Positions 37,317 through 47,361 of a stretch of 64,000 nucleotides of DNA are shown here, in pieces. Origin of the DNA: an uncultured Bacteroides sp. (GTDB taxonomy: Bacteria > Bacteroidota > Bacteroidia > Bacteroidales > GCA-2748055); NCBI GenBank assembly GCA_964458155.1, contig CAYWGP010000199.1, positions 11,894 through 75,893 of the forward strand. The letters are read 5' to 3'. Position numbers and translations under genes: made by a program. The notes beneath the pieces are model-generated. The model made no database searches. It had not been told where the DNA came from and saw nothing but the letters and a program-made list of their open reading frames with translations. Within the stretch, counting starts at the first letter, position 1; the number at the start of each line of letters is the position of its first letter.

Positions 37317-38999
37317 ATGATGAAAGCCCTTACTTTTTCATTCCTTCTTTCCCTTGTCCTTTTTTCATGTGATAAAACAGTATACAAAACTATCTCCAGG
37401 GATGATTATGTGGATAAAATGAAAGCTGCCTGGATCGGTCAGATGATCGGTGTGGGCTGGACAGAATCCACCGAATTTAAGTATGTAGGCGAAATTATTC
37501 CTTCCGGTGAGGTCCCGGAATTTGACAGCAAAGCAGTCAACGCATTCGATCAGGATGATATCTATGTTGAAATGACCTTTATCAGGACCCTGGAACAATA
37601 TGGCATAGATTGCTCCATAAGGCAGGCTGGAATAGACTTTGCCAATTCTGGATATATGGTGTGGGGGGCAAATGAAATGGCCCGTGAAAATTTGCGAGAT
37701 GGCATCGCTCCTCCGGAATCGTCACACCCGGAATATCACAAAGGTGCCGACTGGATAGACTATCAGATCGAAGCCGATTTCTCTGGGATCTTATGCCCCG
37801 GCATGCCTTCCCAGGTAATTGACCTGGGTGAAAAATTCGGAAGGATAATGAATTATGGCGATGGTCTTTATGCGGGCCAGTTCATAGGTGGTATGTACGC
37901 TGCTGCATATTTTGAGAGTGATATTCAAAAGATCATTGAAGCAGGCCTGGCCTGCATACCTCCGCAGAGTCAGTATGCAGAATGCATCAGGGATGTTGTT
38001 CAATGGCACGAAGAAGATCCGGTGAACTGGGAAAATACCTGGCAGCTGATTGAAGATAAATATCGAAAGGATCCCGAATACCAGAAATACAAGGCTGTTA
38101 ATGACAACTACTGGGTTGAGATGGATGCCAAGCTTAATGCTGCATACATTGTTATGGGCTTACTTTACGGGAATGGGGATATTGACGAAACCATCATCAT
38201 ATCCATGAGATGTGGCAGAGATTCAGATTGCAACCCATCCAACGCCGCAGGAGTTCTTTTCGCTTCGCTCGGAATGGAAAATATCGACAGGAAATATTAT
38301 GAGCAGCTCGATTATGAAACAAAATTTTCCTATACCGATTACAATTTCAATGAACTGCTTCAAACTTGCACAAAACTTACTGAGCAGTACATTCTCAATT
38401 CCGGGGGAAAGATAATAGAAGGACCAGATGGAGAAGCCGTCTATCATATTCCGGAAAAAGCTGTAATCCCCTCAGAATTTCAGACAAGCTGGGAACCCGG
38501 GGACTTTGATCCTGAGAACAGGTATACCAGAGAGGAGCTCTCACAGATCTCTTACTACCCGGCCCGAATCTATGACGAGCACATAAGTACATGGATACCT
38601 GAAACCTGGAAAATTTCCCATTCAGCAAAAACCGGCCAGGAGCTCTCCACCTCATGGAAGGGAAAAGAGGGAGTGGTTCTTAGTTCTGTGTATAAGCAAA
38701 GCAAGGGTCCCTTGATTTACATTGATGGCGTTGAGTTTGAAGAAGGAAAAAAGCATTTCCTTAGCTTTTCGGTCAGCCACGAAGATGAAGGCAGCTGGGA
38801 ATTGATCGTATCCATTAATGACCGTGAATATATCAGGGAAGCAATCAACAGGGAAAGCTGCATGGATGGTTGGAAAGAATTCAAAATTGATATAAGCGAT
38901 CTCGCCGGATCAGAGGTTTATGCCGAAATACAACAGGAGTACAACGGCAATGAAAAATCAACTGCCTACTGGCATGCCCTTAAATTTATCAGTGAGTAA
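37317..38999 (+). CDS. Exported ADP-ribosylglycohydrolase (ARH)-fold protein with C-terminal beta-sandwich, ARH-1
   Basis: It has a lipobox (LVLFSC). ARH-like motifs are AAWIGQMIGVGWTESTEF, AFDQDDIYVE, and LYGNGDIDETIIISMRCGRDSDCNPSNAAGVLFASLG. About 170 extra C-terminal residues follow. Confidence 0.7.
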   Translation: MMKALTFSFLLSLVLFSCDKTVYKTISRDDYVDKMKAAWIGQMIGVGWTESTEFKYVGEIIPSGEVPEFDSKAVNAFDQDDIYVEMTFIRTLEQYGIDCSIRQAGIDFANSGYMVWGANEMARENLRDGIAPPESSHPEYHKGADWIDYQIEADFSGILCPGMPSQVIDLGEKFGRIMNYGDGLYAGQFIGGMYAAAYFESDIQKIIEAGLACIPPQSQYAECIRDVVQWHEEDPVNWENTWQLIEDKYRKDPEYQKYKAVNDNYWVEMDAKLNAAYIVMGLLYGNGDIDETIIISMRCGRDSDCNPSNAAGVLFASLGMENIDRKYYEQLDYETKFSYTDYNFNELLQTCTKLTEQYILNSGGKIIEGPDGEAVYHIPEKAVIPSEFQTSWEPGDFDPENRYTREELSQISYYPARIYDEHISTWIPETWKISHSAKTGQELSTSWKGKEGVVLSSVYKQSKGPLIYIDGVEFEEGKKHFLSFSVSHEDEGSWELIVSINDREYIREAINRESCMDGWKEFKIDISDLAGSEVYAEIQQEYNGNEKSTAYWHALKFISE

Positions 39000-39000
39000 G
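38949..39000 (+). repeat. Copy A of a 52-nt imperfect direct repeat (the true 3' end of the ARH-1 gene)
   Basis: aatgaaaaatcaactgcctactggcatgcccttaaatttatcagtgagtaag matches 42018-42069 at 47 of 52 positions by hand alignment. Confidence 0.85.
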
Positions 39001-39077
39001 GAAATGATGGTATTTCAATAGTGCCCCGGATTACTTACTGACAACAGACTCTGCATTACTCCACAGCTCATATGAGC

Positions 39078-42002
39078 TTATTTGAAGTGTACTATTTTTT
39101 TGGAATATGTACCTTCTGAACATTGCATTACACAATAATATACCCCATTCGCTAATTCTGCCCCGGAAATTTGGGTACTATATAAACCGGGCTTGTGTTT
39201 GGCATCTACCAGACAGCTTAAAAGGCGACCATTCGTATCAAATAAGTTAATCACCACATGCTCTTCACGGCTAAGTTCATAATAGATAGTTGTTAAACTG
39301 GTAAACGGATTCGGATAGGCATCATGCATTGTGAATGATAAGGACTCAGGTATTGGAATACCTGAAGGGATGTCAATATCATTTTGTGCTCCGGGTGTTT
39401 TTCTATGCGCTGTATTCTGCCAGAAAATAGACACCCTGTTATCCTGCATTGGATCAGATAGGGAGATTGAATTACCAGATACGGGCCAGGGATAAACAAC
39501 TTTGTACTCAATGTGATCGATCAACTGACTGGAATCGTTATATAAAGATATTTGATCGCCCCTTTTACTTAATCCAAAGCTAAAATCACCGATTGCAGAT
39601 GTTGTATTATATTTTCCTCTGAAGTCTTCAATATCTGCACAAACCACAAGATATTCATGTGAATTCAATTCAATTCCCGAAGGGAAGATAAACGGCTCAT
39701 TTCCATCATCAGTAAGCTGCCAGTTTGATAAGTCGATATTAATTTCTTTAGGGTTATAGAGCTCAATCCAATCATTTGTTTCTGAGTCTGTATAGCAGAT
39801 TTCATTTATAACAACTCTTTCGAAATCCTGCAAAGGTCCAAAGATTGCAGTTAGCGTTTTATTTTCGTTCATGCTACATGCAATTGAAATATCGGATGAT
39901 TCGATGCCTTCCCATCTCAAAAATTCAAAGCCTAAATCGGGAATAGCCGACAAAGTAAGCTCTAGTTCCTCGAAATATTTGCCGCTAAAAGGATAGTCTT
40001 TAATGATTTGGTTGTTTATTTTAACACTACCTCCCTTATTGGGCACAGAGACTATTAGTTCCTTCATGTTCCCACTCAGGTTAAAAAAATGTTTGTAATG
40101 TTCAATTATATGTTCAGCTCTGTTTTCCAGGAAGCTTTTAGCAGTATTCCTGTTTTCTTCTATATACCAGCTGCCACTGGCATCCCAACGATTTTCATGA
40201 TTTCCAATCTCATTAATAATTAAATCAGCCCTTGCATCAACCCATGGCTTAGAATTTTCAGGCTTAAAATTGGTAGCCATTAAATCACAAAGGCTTGCTA
40301 TAAACAGGTTTTCAAATTCCTTATTCTCTAACAAACTCCTTAATATAAAAGTAGACCAGGGAGGGTTTGGCCAGGTTTCTGATCCATCTGGTTCTGTTGC
40401 AATTTCCAGGGTGTTATATGTGGCATCAAATCCATCATCTTCCCAGGCGGCTAGGCCTGCATCAATATCAAAAACAATCCATCGCCATTTTCCTTTTTCT
40501 CCTTTTTCCCGCCAAAACTTCATGTTATTCCCCGGCCAATCAACATTTGCCATAAATATTTCAGCATTCTGATAGGTAGCAAAGTAGGCGATATCTATCA
40601 TTGTTTTGGCAGTTTGGTAATTCGCTTCAAGGCTTAAATCATGATCTTGCAGAAAATGCGTCAACTCAGCATATTTGTCAATATCACCGGCAATAGGCCA
40701 ACCTGGGTGATAAAAGGGTTCATCGGTTTCAAAACCATTGAGAACATCAATGCTGTCCGCATCAATATTAAAATTATCAGCAACATAATGCTCATTGATT
40801 TTTTCCATCATGTTTAGTATTCCCCAGTATTCTCCGTTAATGAATACTATAACCGGCTGAAAAGCCTGTACTGCTAAAATATCCTGAACCAATCCATTGC
40901 CAGTGGCATCGAAAATATTGTAATCCCCATTATCATTTCGCATGATGAACGATTCGAAACTGTCAATATCCTTTTCTTTGAATAATCGAAATTCGAATTT
41001 TCCGTTTCCATATTTTCTTCTGGCGAACAAAGCCAGGGATTGTTGATAGTCATACCCTGTACCTGATTCGTTACCAAATATTTTCATGCCTGCATTTGAT
41101 TCCAGACCCAAAGAATTTTCGGAATCGTAAAACTCAAAATAAACTTGTTTCTCAAGGATTCCGGGATTGAGGTTAAATAATCCGTTTTCGCCAAAAAGCT
41201 CCTCAGGGTCGGCTGAAATAGAAATCATGGGTAGATTCAGATCATCCACATCAGATGCCATAATATAACTTTTTGTGACAATGGGGCCCGGAAGTTTTCC
41301 TTCCTCGAAAATCCGTGCCTTTATTACAATACTTGATGAAACACTTATTGGCGAACTGAATATAGATGAGGATGCCTCAGGCAAGGATCCATCAGTGGTA
41401 TATCTTATACTTGATCCAGATTCCGAACTCAATGAAACAGATGTTCCACTTCCACTTATATAACCTCCTGTTAAAGAGAAAATTGGTTTTTCGCCAATTA
41501 TTCCTGTAATGCCATTATTGCCATTTGCTTCACCAGGTGTTGGTGCATCAAATAAAGTGAAATTTTGAAAATCATTAAAATCACGACCATATGAAATATC
41601 GCCATATAGTTGAATTGCTGAAATACTGTCAATAACAAGGCCTGCTGGATTTGAAAGGAATATGGATTCGCCTTCTGATTTTATCTTAAAATTGGTGTGT
41701 AAATTACCAGGATCAAATCTATTTTTTCCAGAAGCAAATATTAACAAAAATTGCCCTGATTCTATTGAAACCTGAGGGAATATCCATTTATTTAGTTCGT
41801 TAACATCATCAGACAAACTGAATCCTGCTAAGTCCACAGTCTCAGTACCCACATTGACCAATTCAATCCAATCAACGAAATCCCTGTCTTCATCAGCAAC
41901 AGTGCTGAAATTCAAAGACATAATTTCATTTAAAAAAATCTGTGCAAAAGATATTTTAATTGAGATTAGTAGAATGAAAATGATAAGTTGAAACTTCAGC
42001 AT
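39078..42002 (-). CDS. T9SS-secreted CotH kinase-family protein with two lamin-tail domains
   Basis: The N-terminal LTD is LNEIMS...DWIELVN...LAGFSLSDD. A CHB_HEX_C-like segment is present (IRYTTDGSLP). The CotH core is MKIFGNESG...FINGEYWGILNMMEKINEHYV...WRWIVFDIDAGL. The second LTD is VINEICY...DWIELYNP...LSNWQLTDD. The C-terminal sorting domain is AYPNPFTSLTTIYYEL...GVYYCVM. Confidence 0.8.
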   Translation of the reverse strand: MLKFQLIIFILLISIKISFAQIFLNEIMSLNFSTVADEDRDFVDWIELVNVGTETVDLAGFSLSDDVNELNKWIFPQVSIESGQFLLIFASGKNRFDPGNLHTNFKIKSEGESIFLSNPAGLVIDSISAIQLYGDISYGRDFNDFQNFTLFDAPTPGEANGNNGITGIIGEKPIFSLTGGYISGSGTSVSLSSESGSSIRYTTDGSLPEASSSIFSSPISVSSSIVIKARIFEEGKLPGPIVTKSYIMASDVDDLNLPMISISADPEELFGENGLFNLNPGILEKQVYFEFYDSENSLGLESNAGMKIFGNESGTGYDYQQSLALFARRKYGNGKFEFRLFKEKDIDSFESFIMRNDNGDYNIFDATGNGLVQDILAVQAFQPVIVFINGEYWGILNMMEKINEHYVADNFNIDADSIDVLNGFETDEPFYHPGWPIAGDIDKYAELTHFLQDHDLSLEANYQTAKTMIDIAYFATYQNAEIFMANVDWPGNNMKFWREKGEKGKWRWIVFDIDAGLAAWEDDGFDATYNTLEIATEPDGSETWPNPPWSTFILRSLLENKEFENLFIASLCDLMATNFKPENSKPWVDARADLIINEIGNHENRWDASGSWYIEENRNTAKSFLENRAEHIIEHYKHFFNLSGNMKELIVSVPNKGGSVKINNQIIKDYPFSGKYFEELELTLSAIPDLGFEFLRWEGIESSDISIACSMNENKTLTAIFGPLQDFERVVINEICYTDSETNDWIELYNPKEINIDLSNWQLTDDGNEPFIFPSGIELNSHEYLVVCADIEDFRGKYNTTSAIGDFSFGLSKRGDQISLYNDSSQLIDHIEYKVVYPWPVSGNSISLSDPMQDNRVSIFWQNTAHRKTPGAQNDIDIPSGIPIPESLSFTMHDAYPNPFTSLTTIYYELSREEHVVINLFDTNGRLLSCLVDAKHKPGLYSTQISGAELANGVYYCVMQCSEGTYSKKIVHFK

Positions 42003-42017
42003 TTGTGATGCATATAA

Positions 42018-42068
42018 AATGAAAAATCAACTGCCTACTGGCATGAGCTGAGATTTATCAGCGAGTAA
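42018..42068 (+). pseudogene. Orphan 3' gene fragment (16 codons + stop) homologous to the end of ARH-1; copy B of the direct repeat
   Basis: It translates as NEKSTAYWHELRFISE*, against NEKSTAYWHALKFISE* at 38949-38999. The frame is closed by a TAA immediately upstream (42015-42017). Differences are two synonymous, one conservative (K>R) and one A>E. Confidence 0.7.
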
Positions 42069-42083
42069 GCAGGAGTGATCTGC

Positions 42084-44903
42084 TCAAGCCTTTATTTCAA
42101 TATCCAGTGCTTCTGTCGCTTGTCTGTCGATCCAGATAAGCAGTTTATAAGAACCATCCGTATCTCTAACGATGCCCTGTTTGCAATCAACCTGCTTTCC
42201 ATCAATGCTAACCCGTGCCCTTTGTTTTGAGTTCCATTGTTTGAAGATCATGCAGATGTTTTCTACAGGGCTGTCCTCATTCCCAAGTACAGTCATGGAT
42301 ATCTCATCCGCTTCTTTTTCAAAAACATAGGCACGTTGCGCTTTATCGTATTTCCCGGTGCATCCTCTTACTGCACTTAGAAGCGGAGGCTCTAACCACG
42401 AAAGTGCCAGGGGGATCAGCTCCAGGGGAGCCTGCCTGAGCATCCCTTCCAGTAAGATTTTTGACTGGTAAGGCCTGTTCCCAAACTGAGCATCGTAATC
42501 AGGGGGATAGATATGGGACAGGGAGCTGTGACAGGTTCTGTCAGGATAGCTGGCATAGCGTCCATCTGAAGGCATCTGAGATACCGGCCAGTGGTTCCAC
42601 GTAGGGAAAATAGCATATTCGGTTATCTCCCCTCCATAAACATTTGACCATTGGATCTCCTCCACGATGGTTACCGGGTCATATTCGCCTTTATAGTTAA
42701 TATGATGAATATTGGATCCTTCAGGACCTTCAATTCCGTCAGGGGGTAAGGGATTCCAGTCATAGCTATCATATGCTCCGTCTATGCGGACAATGGTAAA
42801 GGTTTCCTCCCGTTCAATGAGATCATGCGGATGCTGGTCGGGTCCGAATATGGCCATGGATTCCTGCCACTCATGGATCCTTTCACCGCTCGTCCATAAA
42901 TGTTCCACCTTGGCGGCTACTCCATCCGGGTAGATATAATAGTACCAGTCGGCCACATCATACCAGCCTGTTTCCTCCACGTAGTTTGCCTTGATTTTCT
43001 TTACATCGACCAGGGGGAACCTGTAATGAACCACCACCCTTGCAGCAGTGTTTTCTATGATTCTTACGTGGTTGTACAGGCATTGCTTATCTGACATCGG
43101 TTCCTGGCATCCTTCGCCTCCCGAGGTGCTCCAGGTCTCGTTAAACTCATTGCTGTACCAGAAGTTGTTCTCATTGACCATCATCGGAATATAGCTTACT
43201 CCTCGCCAGAAAACGAACCTGGAGGGATTATCGTCAAATTCGACAATAACATCCGCATGATCCCCGAATCTCCACATATTATCCCAGCTATCATAGAATT
43301 TGAGATTGGTATAATATCCGCCAAAGGATTTCCTGTTTTCTCCCAGGGGAAGTACCCGTTTATCAAGATCGGCTGTGGCATCAGGTGCATATAAGGCAAA
43401 AGCAGACTGGATTTCATCCTGTGACAGGGCCACATCGTAAATTTTCACTTCATCGATGAGGCCATCCAGGGAATAAGCCCCCGGAAAGGTATTTTCTCTA
43501 ACAGGATCTGTGGGCCTGCGCTCTTTTCCTTTTCCAATCTGAATATCTTTTGAGGATAATTCAATTTCCGCCTTTGCAACCTGTTTTTCATCTGTAAGCC
43601 TGCCATCCACATAGAGCATCATCTTCCCGGATGTCTGGCTGTAGGTTGCCGAAATGTGGTACCAGGTCTTTCTCTCCAGGAAGACATCCGATGTAAGTTC
43701 CTCCCACACCCCTCCGACTCTCAATTTAAAACCCGGATGACCATGACCGTTTATCCCAAGGAAATACCCGGTATCATCCTCCTTCAGGTACTTCACAACA
43801 AATTCAATTTCATCGAAGTCAATTTCCTGCTCAACATCCACATCTCCTTCCTGGTTTTCCGGATCGCCCCCAACAAGTCCAATGGAAAGATCTCCTTCCC
43901 GCTTGGCAAGGTCGGTAATATCATACTCACCTCTGAACAGGCGAACCTCCTCAGGTACATCATCTGCCTGCTGCACGATGGGGCACCAGCTCCAGGGATA
44001 GGCGCCGATGGCCACCCATCCCTCGAGAGTGATCTCAGCTGAAGGTTTCACGGCTTCATCCGAAGGTATCTGAACGGCGGTTTTGTATCCGTCAAATTGT
44101 AAGGAAGTTCCTGAAACTCCCTTTTTCCAGATGGTCTTATCTCCAGGGACGATGGATTCAGCATTAGTTCTGGATTCTTTCGTAAGATCTCCACCGGCTT
44201 CATCAAATTTAAACCATGCCAGGGGCTCACGGATAGACTCTTTTATTATGGGATTTCCTTCAGTAATTTCTGCCTCAGCATTGCTCGTTGCCTCTGTTCT
44301 TTCCGTTTCTACGATCCCTCTTTGTGACAGCATAAATATCTGGGTAATCCTGTTACCCGGATCATTCCAATCATCAATCTTTTCAGTACCGGTTTTAATG
44401 ACGCGCGTGACCATCCCCTCACTGGTCAATGTAAAATATTCATCAACAAACTGGTTTGCCGCAGCCCCGGTATGCGGATTTGTCCCTTCAAAATCAGGAA
44501 GGTACCTCCAGTGGATAGTAGCCTCTGTCTCGGAACTTTCAATAAGGGATACATGTGAATAGGTATTTACCCTGTCCGGCATCATATCGCTCCCATCTCC
44601 CCTGCGGGGAATAATCTCCTCCACGAAGAACTTCTTCCCAGAAGCATTTTCCCAGTACGGAAGGTAGCTTGCCCCTCTCCAAAAAATGAATTTTCCCGTG
44701 CCTGATCCCAGGTCTACCACAATATCTGCGAAATCGCCAGTTCGATCAAACTGCTCCCAGTCTGCACCGCTTAGCAGGCGGGTATGGTAAGCTCCAAAAT
44801 CTCCCTCCTGCACGCTATCCTGGTTTGTACAACTGCTAAGAGCCATTGAAAGCAATGTGATCATTACCAGGCCAACTAATGATATTTCACCCCTGTTTTT
44901 CAT
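42084..44903 (-). CDS. Exported LamG-containing protein of unassigned family, paralog P3 (939 aa, lipoprotein)
   Basis: It has a lipobox (SMALSSC) and an N-terminal module like that of P1 (ADIVVDLGSGTGKFIFWRGASYLP...YSHVSLIES...IHWRY). Other shared motifs are LEGWVAIGAYPW, VIVEFDDNPSRFVFWRG, GCQEPMSDKQ, YYYIYPDG, WQES, and WNHWPVSQMPSDGRYASYPDRTCHSSL. Confidence 0.85.
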   Translation of the reverse strand: MKNRGEISLVGLVMITLLSMALSSCTNQDSVQEGDFGAYHTRLLSGADWEQFDRTGDFADIVVDLGSGTGKFIFWRGASYLPYWENASGKKFFVEEIIPRRGDGSDMMPDRVNTYSHVSLIESSETEATIHWRYLPDFEGTNPHTGAAANQFVDEYFTLTSEGMVTRVIKTGTEKIDDWNDPGNRITQIFMLSQRGIVETERTEATSNAEAEITEGNPIIKESIREPLAWFKFDEAGGDLTKESRTNAESIVPGDKTIWKKGVSGTSLQFDGYKTAVQIPSDEAVKPSAEITLEGWVAIGAYPWSWCPIVQQADDVPEEVRLFRGEYDITDLAKREGDLSIGLVGGDPENQEGDVDVEQEIDFDEIEFVVKYLKEDDTGYFLGINGHGHPGFKLRVGGVWEELTSDVFLERKTWYHISATYSQTSGKMMLYVDGRLTDEKQVAKAEIELSSKDIQIGKGKERRPTDPVRENTFPGAYSLDGLIDEVKIYDVALSQDEIQSAFALYAPDATADLDKRVLPLGENRKSFGGYYTNLKFYDSWDNMWRFGDHADVIVEFDDNPSRFVFWRGVSYIPMMVNENNFWYSNEFNETWSTSGGEGCQEPMSDKQCLYNHVRIIENTAARVVVHYRFPLVDVKKIKANYVEETGWYDVADWYYYIYPDGVAAKVEHLWTSGERIHEWQESMAIFGPDQHPHDLIEREETFTIVRIDGAYDSYDWNPLPPDGIEGPEGSNIHHINYKGEYDPVTIVEEIQWSNVYGGEITEYAIFPTWNHWPVSQMPSDGRYASYPDRTCHSSLSHIYPPDYDAQFGNRPYQSKILLEGMLRQAPLELIPLALSWLEPPLLSAVRGCTGKYDKAQRAYVFEKEADEISMTVLGNEDSPVENICMIFKQWNSKQRARVSIDGKQVDCKQGIVRDTDGSYKLLIWIDRQATEALDIEIKA

Positions 44904-44914
44904 TTCAGACCATT

Positions 44915-47326
44915 TTATAGATTTGCTAATTCTTCCGTGTTAATCTCGATGATACTATCTTCAATCCCATCTGAACTCGCCCTGACCAGAATCTTTCCTG
45001 GATTTTGAGTGGAACTTACAAGCAGAAGGCAAAGGCCATGGAATGCTGATCGTTCACTGGCCTGGTAACTTTCAATACAGGTAGGGTCTCCATTGCCCAC
45101 ACATTTAAGGATACCCTCACCTTCAATGGAAAATTCAACCAGGTTATTTGCATTGGGGCAAATATTTCCATCCGCATCCATAATCTTCACCGTGATAAAT
45201 GCCAGGTCCTGTCCATCGGCATGAATGCTGGTCCTGTCCGCTTCCAGGCCGATTTTTGCTGCCGGTCCGGCTGTCTTTATCTCCTTTTCAGAGAGGACCT
45301 CGCCATCCCTGTTGAATCCCACAGCCCTGATACTGCCGGGCTGGTATACTACATCATCATAGATGTACCGGTAGGCCCCTTCCTGTTTTTGTTTCCGGCC
45401 CTTTGACACCCCATTGACAAAGAGTTCAACTTCGCTACAATTTGAGTAGATATAAACAGGAGTAGGCTCTCCTTCCCGGCCTTCCCAATTCCAGCTTGGC
45501 AGAAGGTGTATCATCGGATCATCCGTCCACTGACTCTGGTAGAGGTAAAAGCGATCCTTTTTAAATCCGCACATATCTACAATTCCAAAATAGGAGCTGT
45601 GTGCTGGAAAGTACCCTTCTTCATAAGGATCGGGTTCACCGTGATAGTCAAATCCCGACCATACAAACTCTCCTGCCATCCACGGTGCTTTCTGAAGTTC
45701 AAACTCCACATCCGGTAAGGCTCCAAATCCGGTATTTACTATGTCGTAAGATGTGATCTGCTTTGATTCGTGCAAATATCCGCTATACACTTCTTTTACC
45801 GGGAAATGATATTCTCCCCTGGTACTGAGTGTGGCACTGGATTCGGTAGATAACAGGGGCAGATTCGGAAATTCTGCGTGCATTTTATCGTAGCGGTCCT
45901 GCCAGTAATTCATGCCAAATACATCAAAACACTTCTCTAACTCTGAATCAAATTTTGTGGTTAAATGAACTCCTGCGTTTACAGGTCGGGTCGGATCCAT
46001 CTCCCTGCAAATATCTGATAACAGCTTTGCATGTTTTTTGCCTTCCTCAGTATCCAGATCAGGAATCTCATTCCCGATACTCCACATAATTATGGATGGA
46101 TGGTTCCTATCCCGCCGAATCAATGCTCTTGTATCTTTTTCCGCCCATTCTTCAAACCAGATATTATAAGCGTTTGGGACCCCGTACTTTGAAACGGACC
46201 ATTCATCAAAGGTTTCGTCTATAACAAGGATACCAAGCTCATCACACAATTCAAGCTGCTCTGGCGATGGCGGGTTATGGGCCGTGCGTATAGCATTTAC
46301 TCCCATCTCCTTCATGATCTCTAACTGACGTTCTGTGGCTCTTTTGTTCACTGCGGCACCCAGAGGTCCCAGGTCATGGTGCAGATTCACCCCTTTCAAT
46401 TTCAAATGTTTCCCGTTCAGGAAAAAGCCCTTGTCAGAATCGAAGTGGAAGTAGCGCACCCCAAATGTTGTTTCATATTCATCCACTACCTTTCCTTCAT
46501 GAAGTACTGAGGAAACGGCCTTGTATAAATAGGGGGAATCAACAGACCATAGTTCTGGGTCCGTGATCTCCAGCTGCTGAACTATTTCTGTTTCTTCTTC
46601 TGCATCAAGCGTTATGTTGTCCTTTGTTTTTTTTGTCAATACATCTCCATTGGAATCTAAAATTACCGTCGACAGCTCCACACCGGCTGAATAGGATGCT
46701 GAATTATTAATCCATGTTTTCACTTCTATTTCTGCATGATCCTCGCTAATATGCGGTGTGGTGATGTAGCTTCCCCAGTGAGCAACATGGATGGGATTTG
46801 TATAGCTAAGCCAGACATTCCTGTAGATGCCAGATCCCGGATACCACCTGGATGAATAATCCTGGTTTTCTACACGAATGGCAATAATATTTTCCCTGTC
46901 CCTTTCTATTTTGTCCGTCAGGTCAATATAAAATGAGGTGTACCCGTAGGGCCAGCCCCCCACATATTCGCCGTTAAGCCATATCTTAGAATTCCTCATG
47001 ATGCCGTCGCATTCAAGCACCAGGTTCTCAGTACCCGGACGCACTTTGAACGATTTACGGTACCATGCAACTCCCGGGTAAGGCAAATATCCTCCTTTGT
47101 AATTCACCTCTTCAGTGAATGGCCCTTCGATGGCCCAGTCATGGGGCAGATCAAGCACTCTCCACTCAGAATCATCGAAGTTGACGTAAGGCGCATTTTC
47201 CATATCACCATGTGAAAACTTCCATTCCGAATTAAAGTTAAGCCGGAGCCTGGTTTGCTCGGCTGTTGAGCTGTCACAAGCGTTAAGCAGAGATAAGATC
47301 AGCGTTAGAAGGAAAATTTTTTTCAT
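44915..47326 (-). CDS. Glycoside hydrolase family 2 (beta-galactosidase/glucuronidase-like)
   Basis: It has a signal peptide, a sugar-binding N-domain (WRVLDLPHDW), the acid/base region RNHPSIIMWSIGNEI and WSGFDYHGEP. Confidence 0.9.
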   Translation of the reverse strand: MKKIFLLTLILSLLNACDSSTAEQTRLRLNFNSEWKFSHGDMENAPYVNFDDSEWRVLDLPHDWAIEGPFTEEVNYKGGYLPYPGVAWYRKSFKVRPGTENLVLECDGIMRNSKIWLNGEYVGGWPYGYTSFYIDLTDKIERDRENIIAIRVENQDYSSRWYPGSGIYRNVWLSYTNPIHVAHWGSYITTPHISEDHAEIEVKTWINNSASYSAGVELSTVILDSNGDVLTKKTKDNITLDAEEETEIVQQLEITDPELWSVDSPYLYKAVSSVLHEGKVVDEYETTFGVRYFHFDSDKGFFLNGKHLKLKGVNLHHDLGPLGAAVNKRATERQLEIMKEMGVNAIRTAHNPPSPEQLELCDELGILVIDETFDEWSVSKYGVPNAYNIWFEEWAEKDTRALIRRDRNHPSIIMWSIGNEIPDLDTEEGKKHAKLLSDICREMDPTRPVNAGVHLTTKFDSELEKCFDVFGMNYWQDRYDKMHAEFPNLPLLSTESSATLSTRGEYHFPVKEVYSGYLHESKQITSYDIVNTGFGALPDVEFELQKAPWMAGEFVWSGFDYHGEPDPYEEGYFPAHSSYFGIVDMCGFKKDRFYLYQSQWTDDPMIHLLPSWNWEGREGEPTPVYIYSNCSEVELFVNGVSKGRKQKQEGAYRYIYDDVVYQPGSIRAVGFNRDGEVLSEKEIKTAGPAAKIGLEADRTSIHADGQDLAFITVKIMDADGNICPNANNLVEFSIEGEGILKCVGNGDPTCIESYQASERSAFHGLCLLLVSSTQNPGKILVRASSDGIEDSIIEINTEELANL

Positions 47327-47361
47327 GTCCAGGATTTTTGCTGTAGGGGGATGGATGCGTC

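Noticed and set aside
39065-39078. 14-nt perfect palindrome agctcatatgagct at the CotH stop, considered as a bidirectional terminator between the convergent ARH-1 and CotH genes
   Set aside because: The stem is only about 5 bp with a minimal loop, and no flanking T/A-run is present. It is too weak to call a terminator and may be chance (it contains an NdeI-like catatg core).
39078-42002. Interpreting CotH as evidence of sporulation
   Set aside because: The SusC/D and T9SS context indicates Bacteroidota, which do not form endospores. The family name reflects the fold, not a spore function here.
39001-42017. Mobile element (IS, transposon or integrative cassette) as the vehicle for the CotH insertion
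   Set aside because: No transposase or integrase ORF, no terminal inverted repeats and no tRNA target are visible. The flanking repeat looks like diverged coding sequence rather than a target-site duplication. I therefore report it as a recombination scar, not a mobile element.
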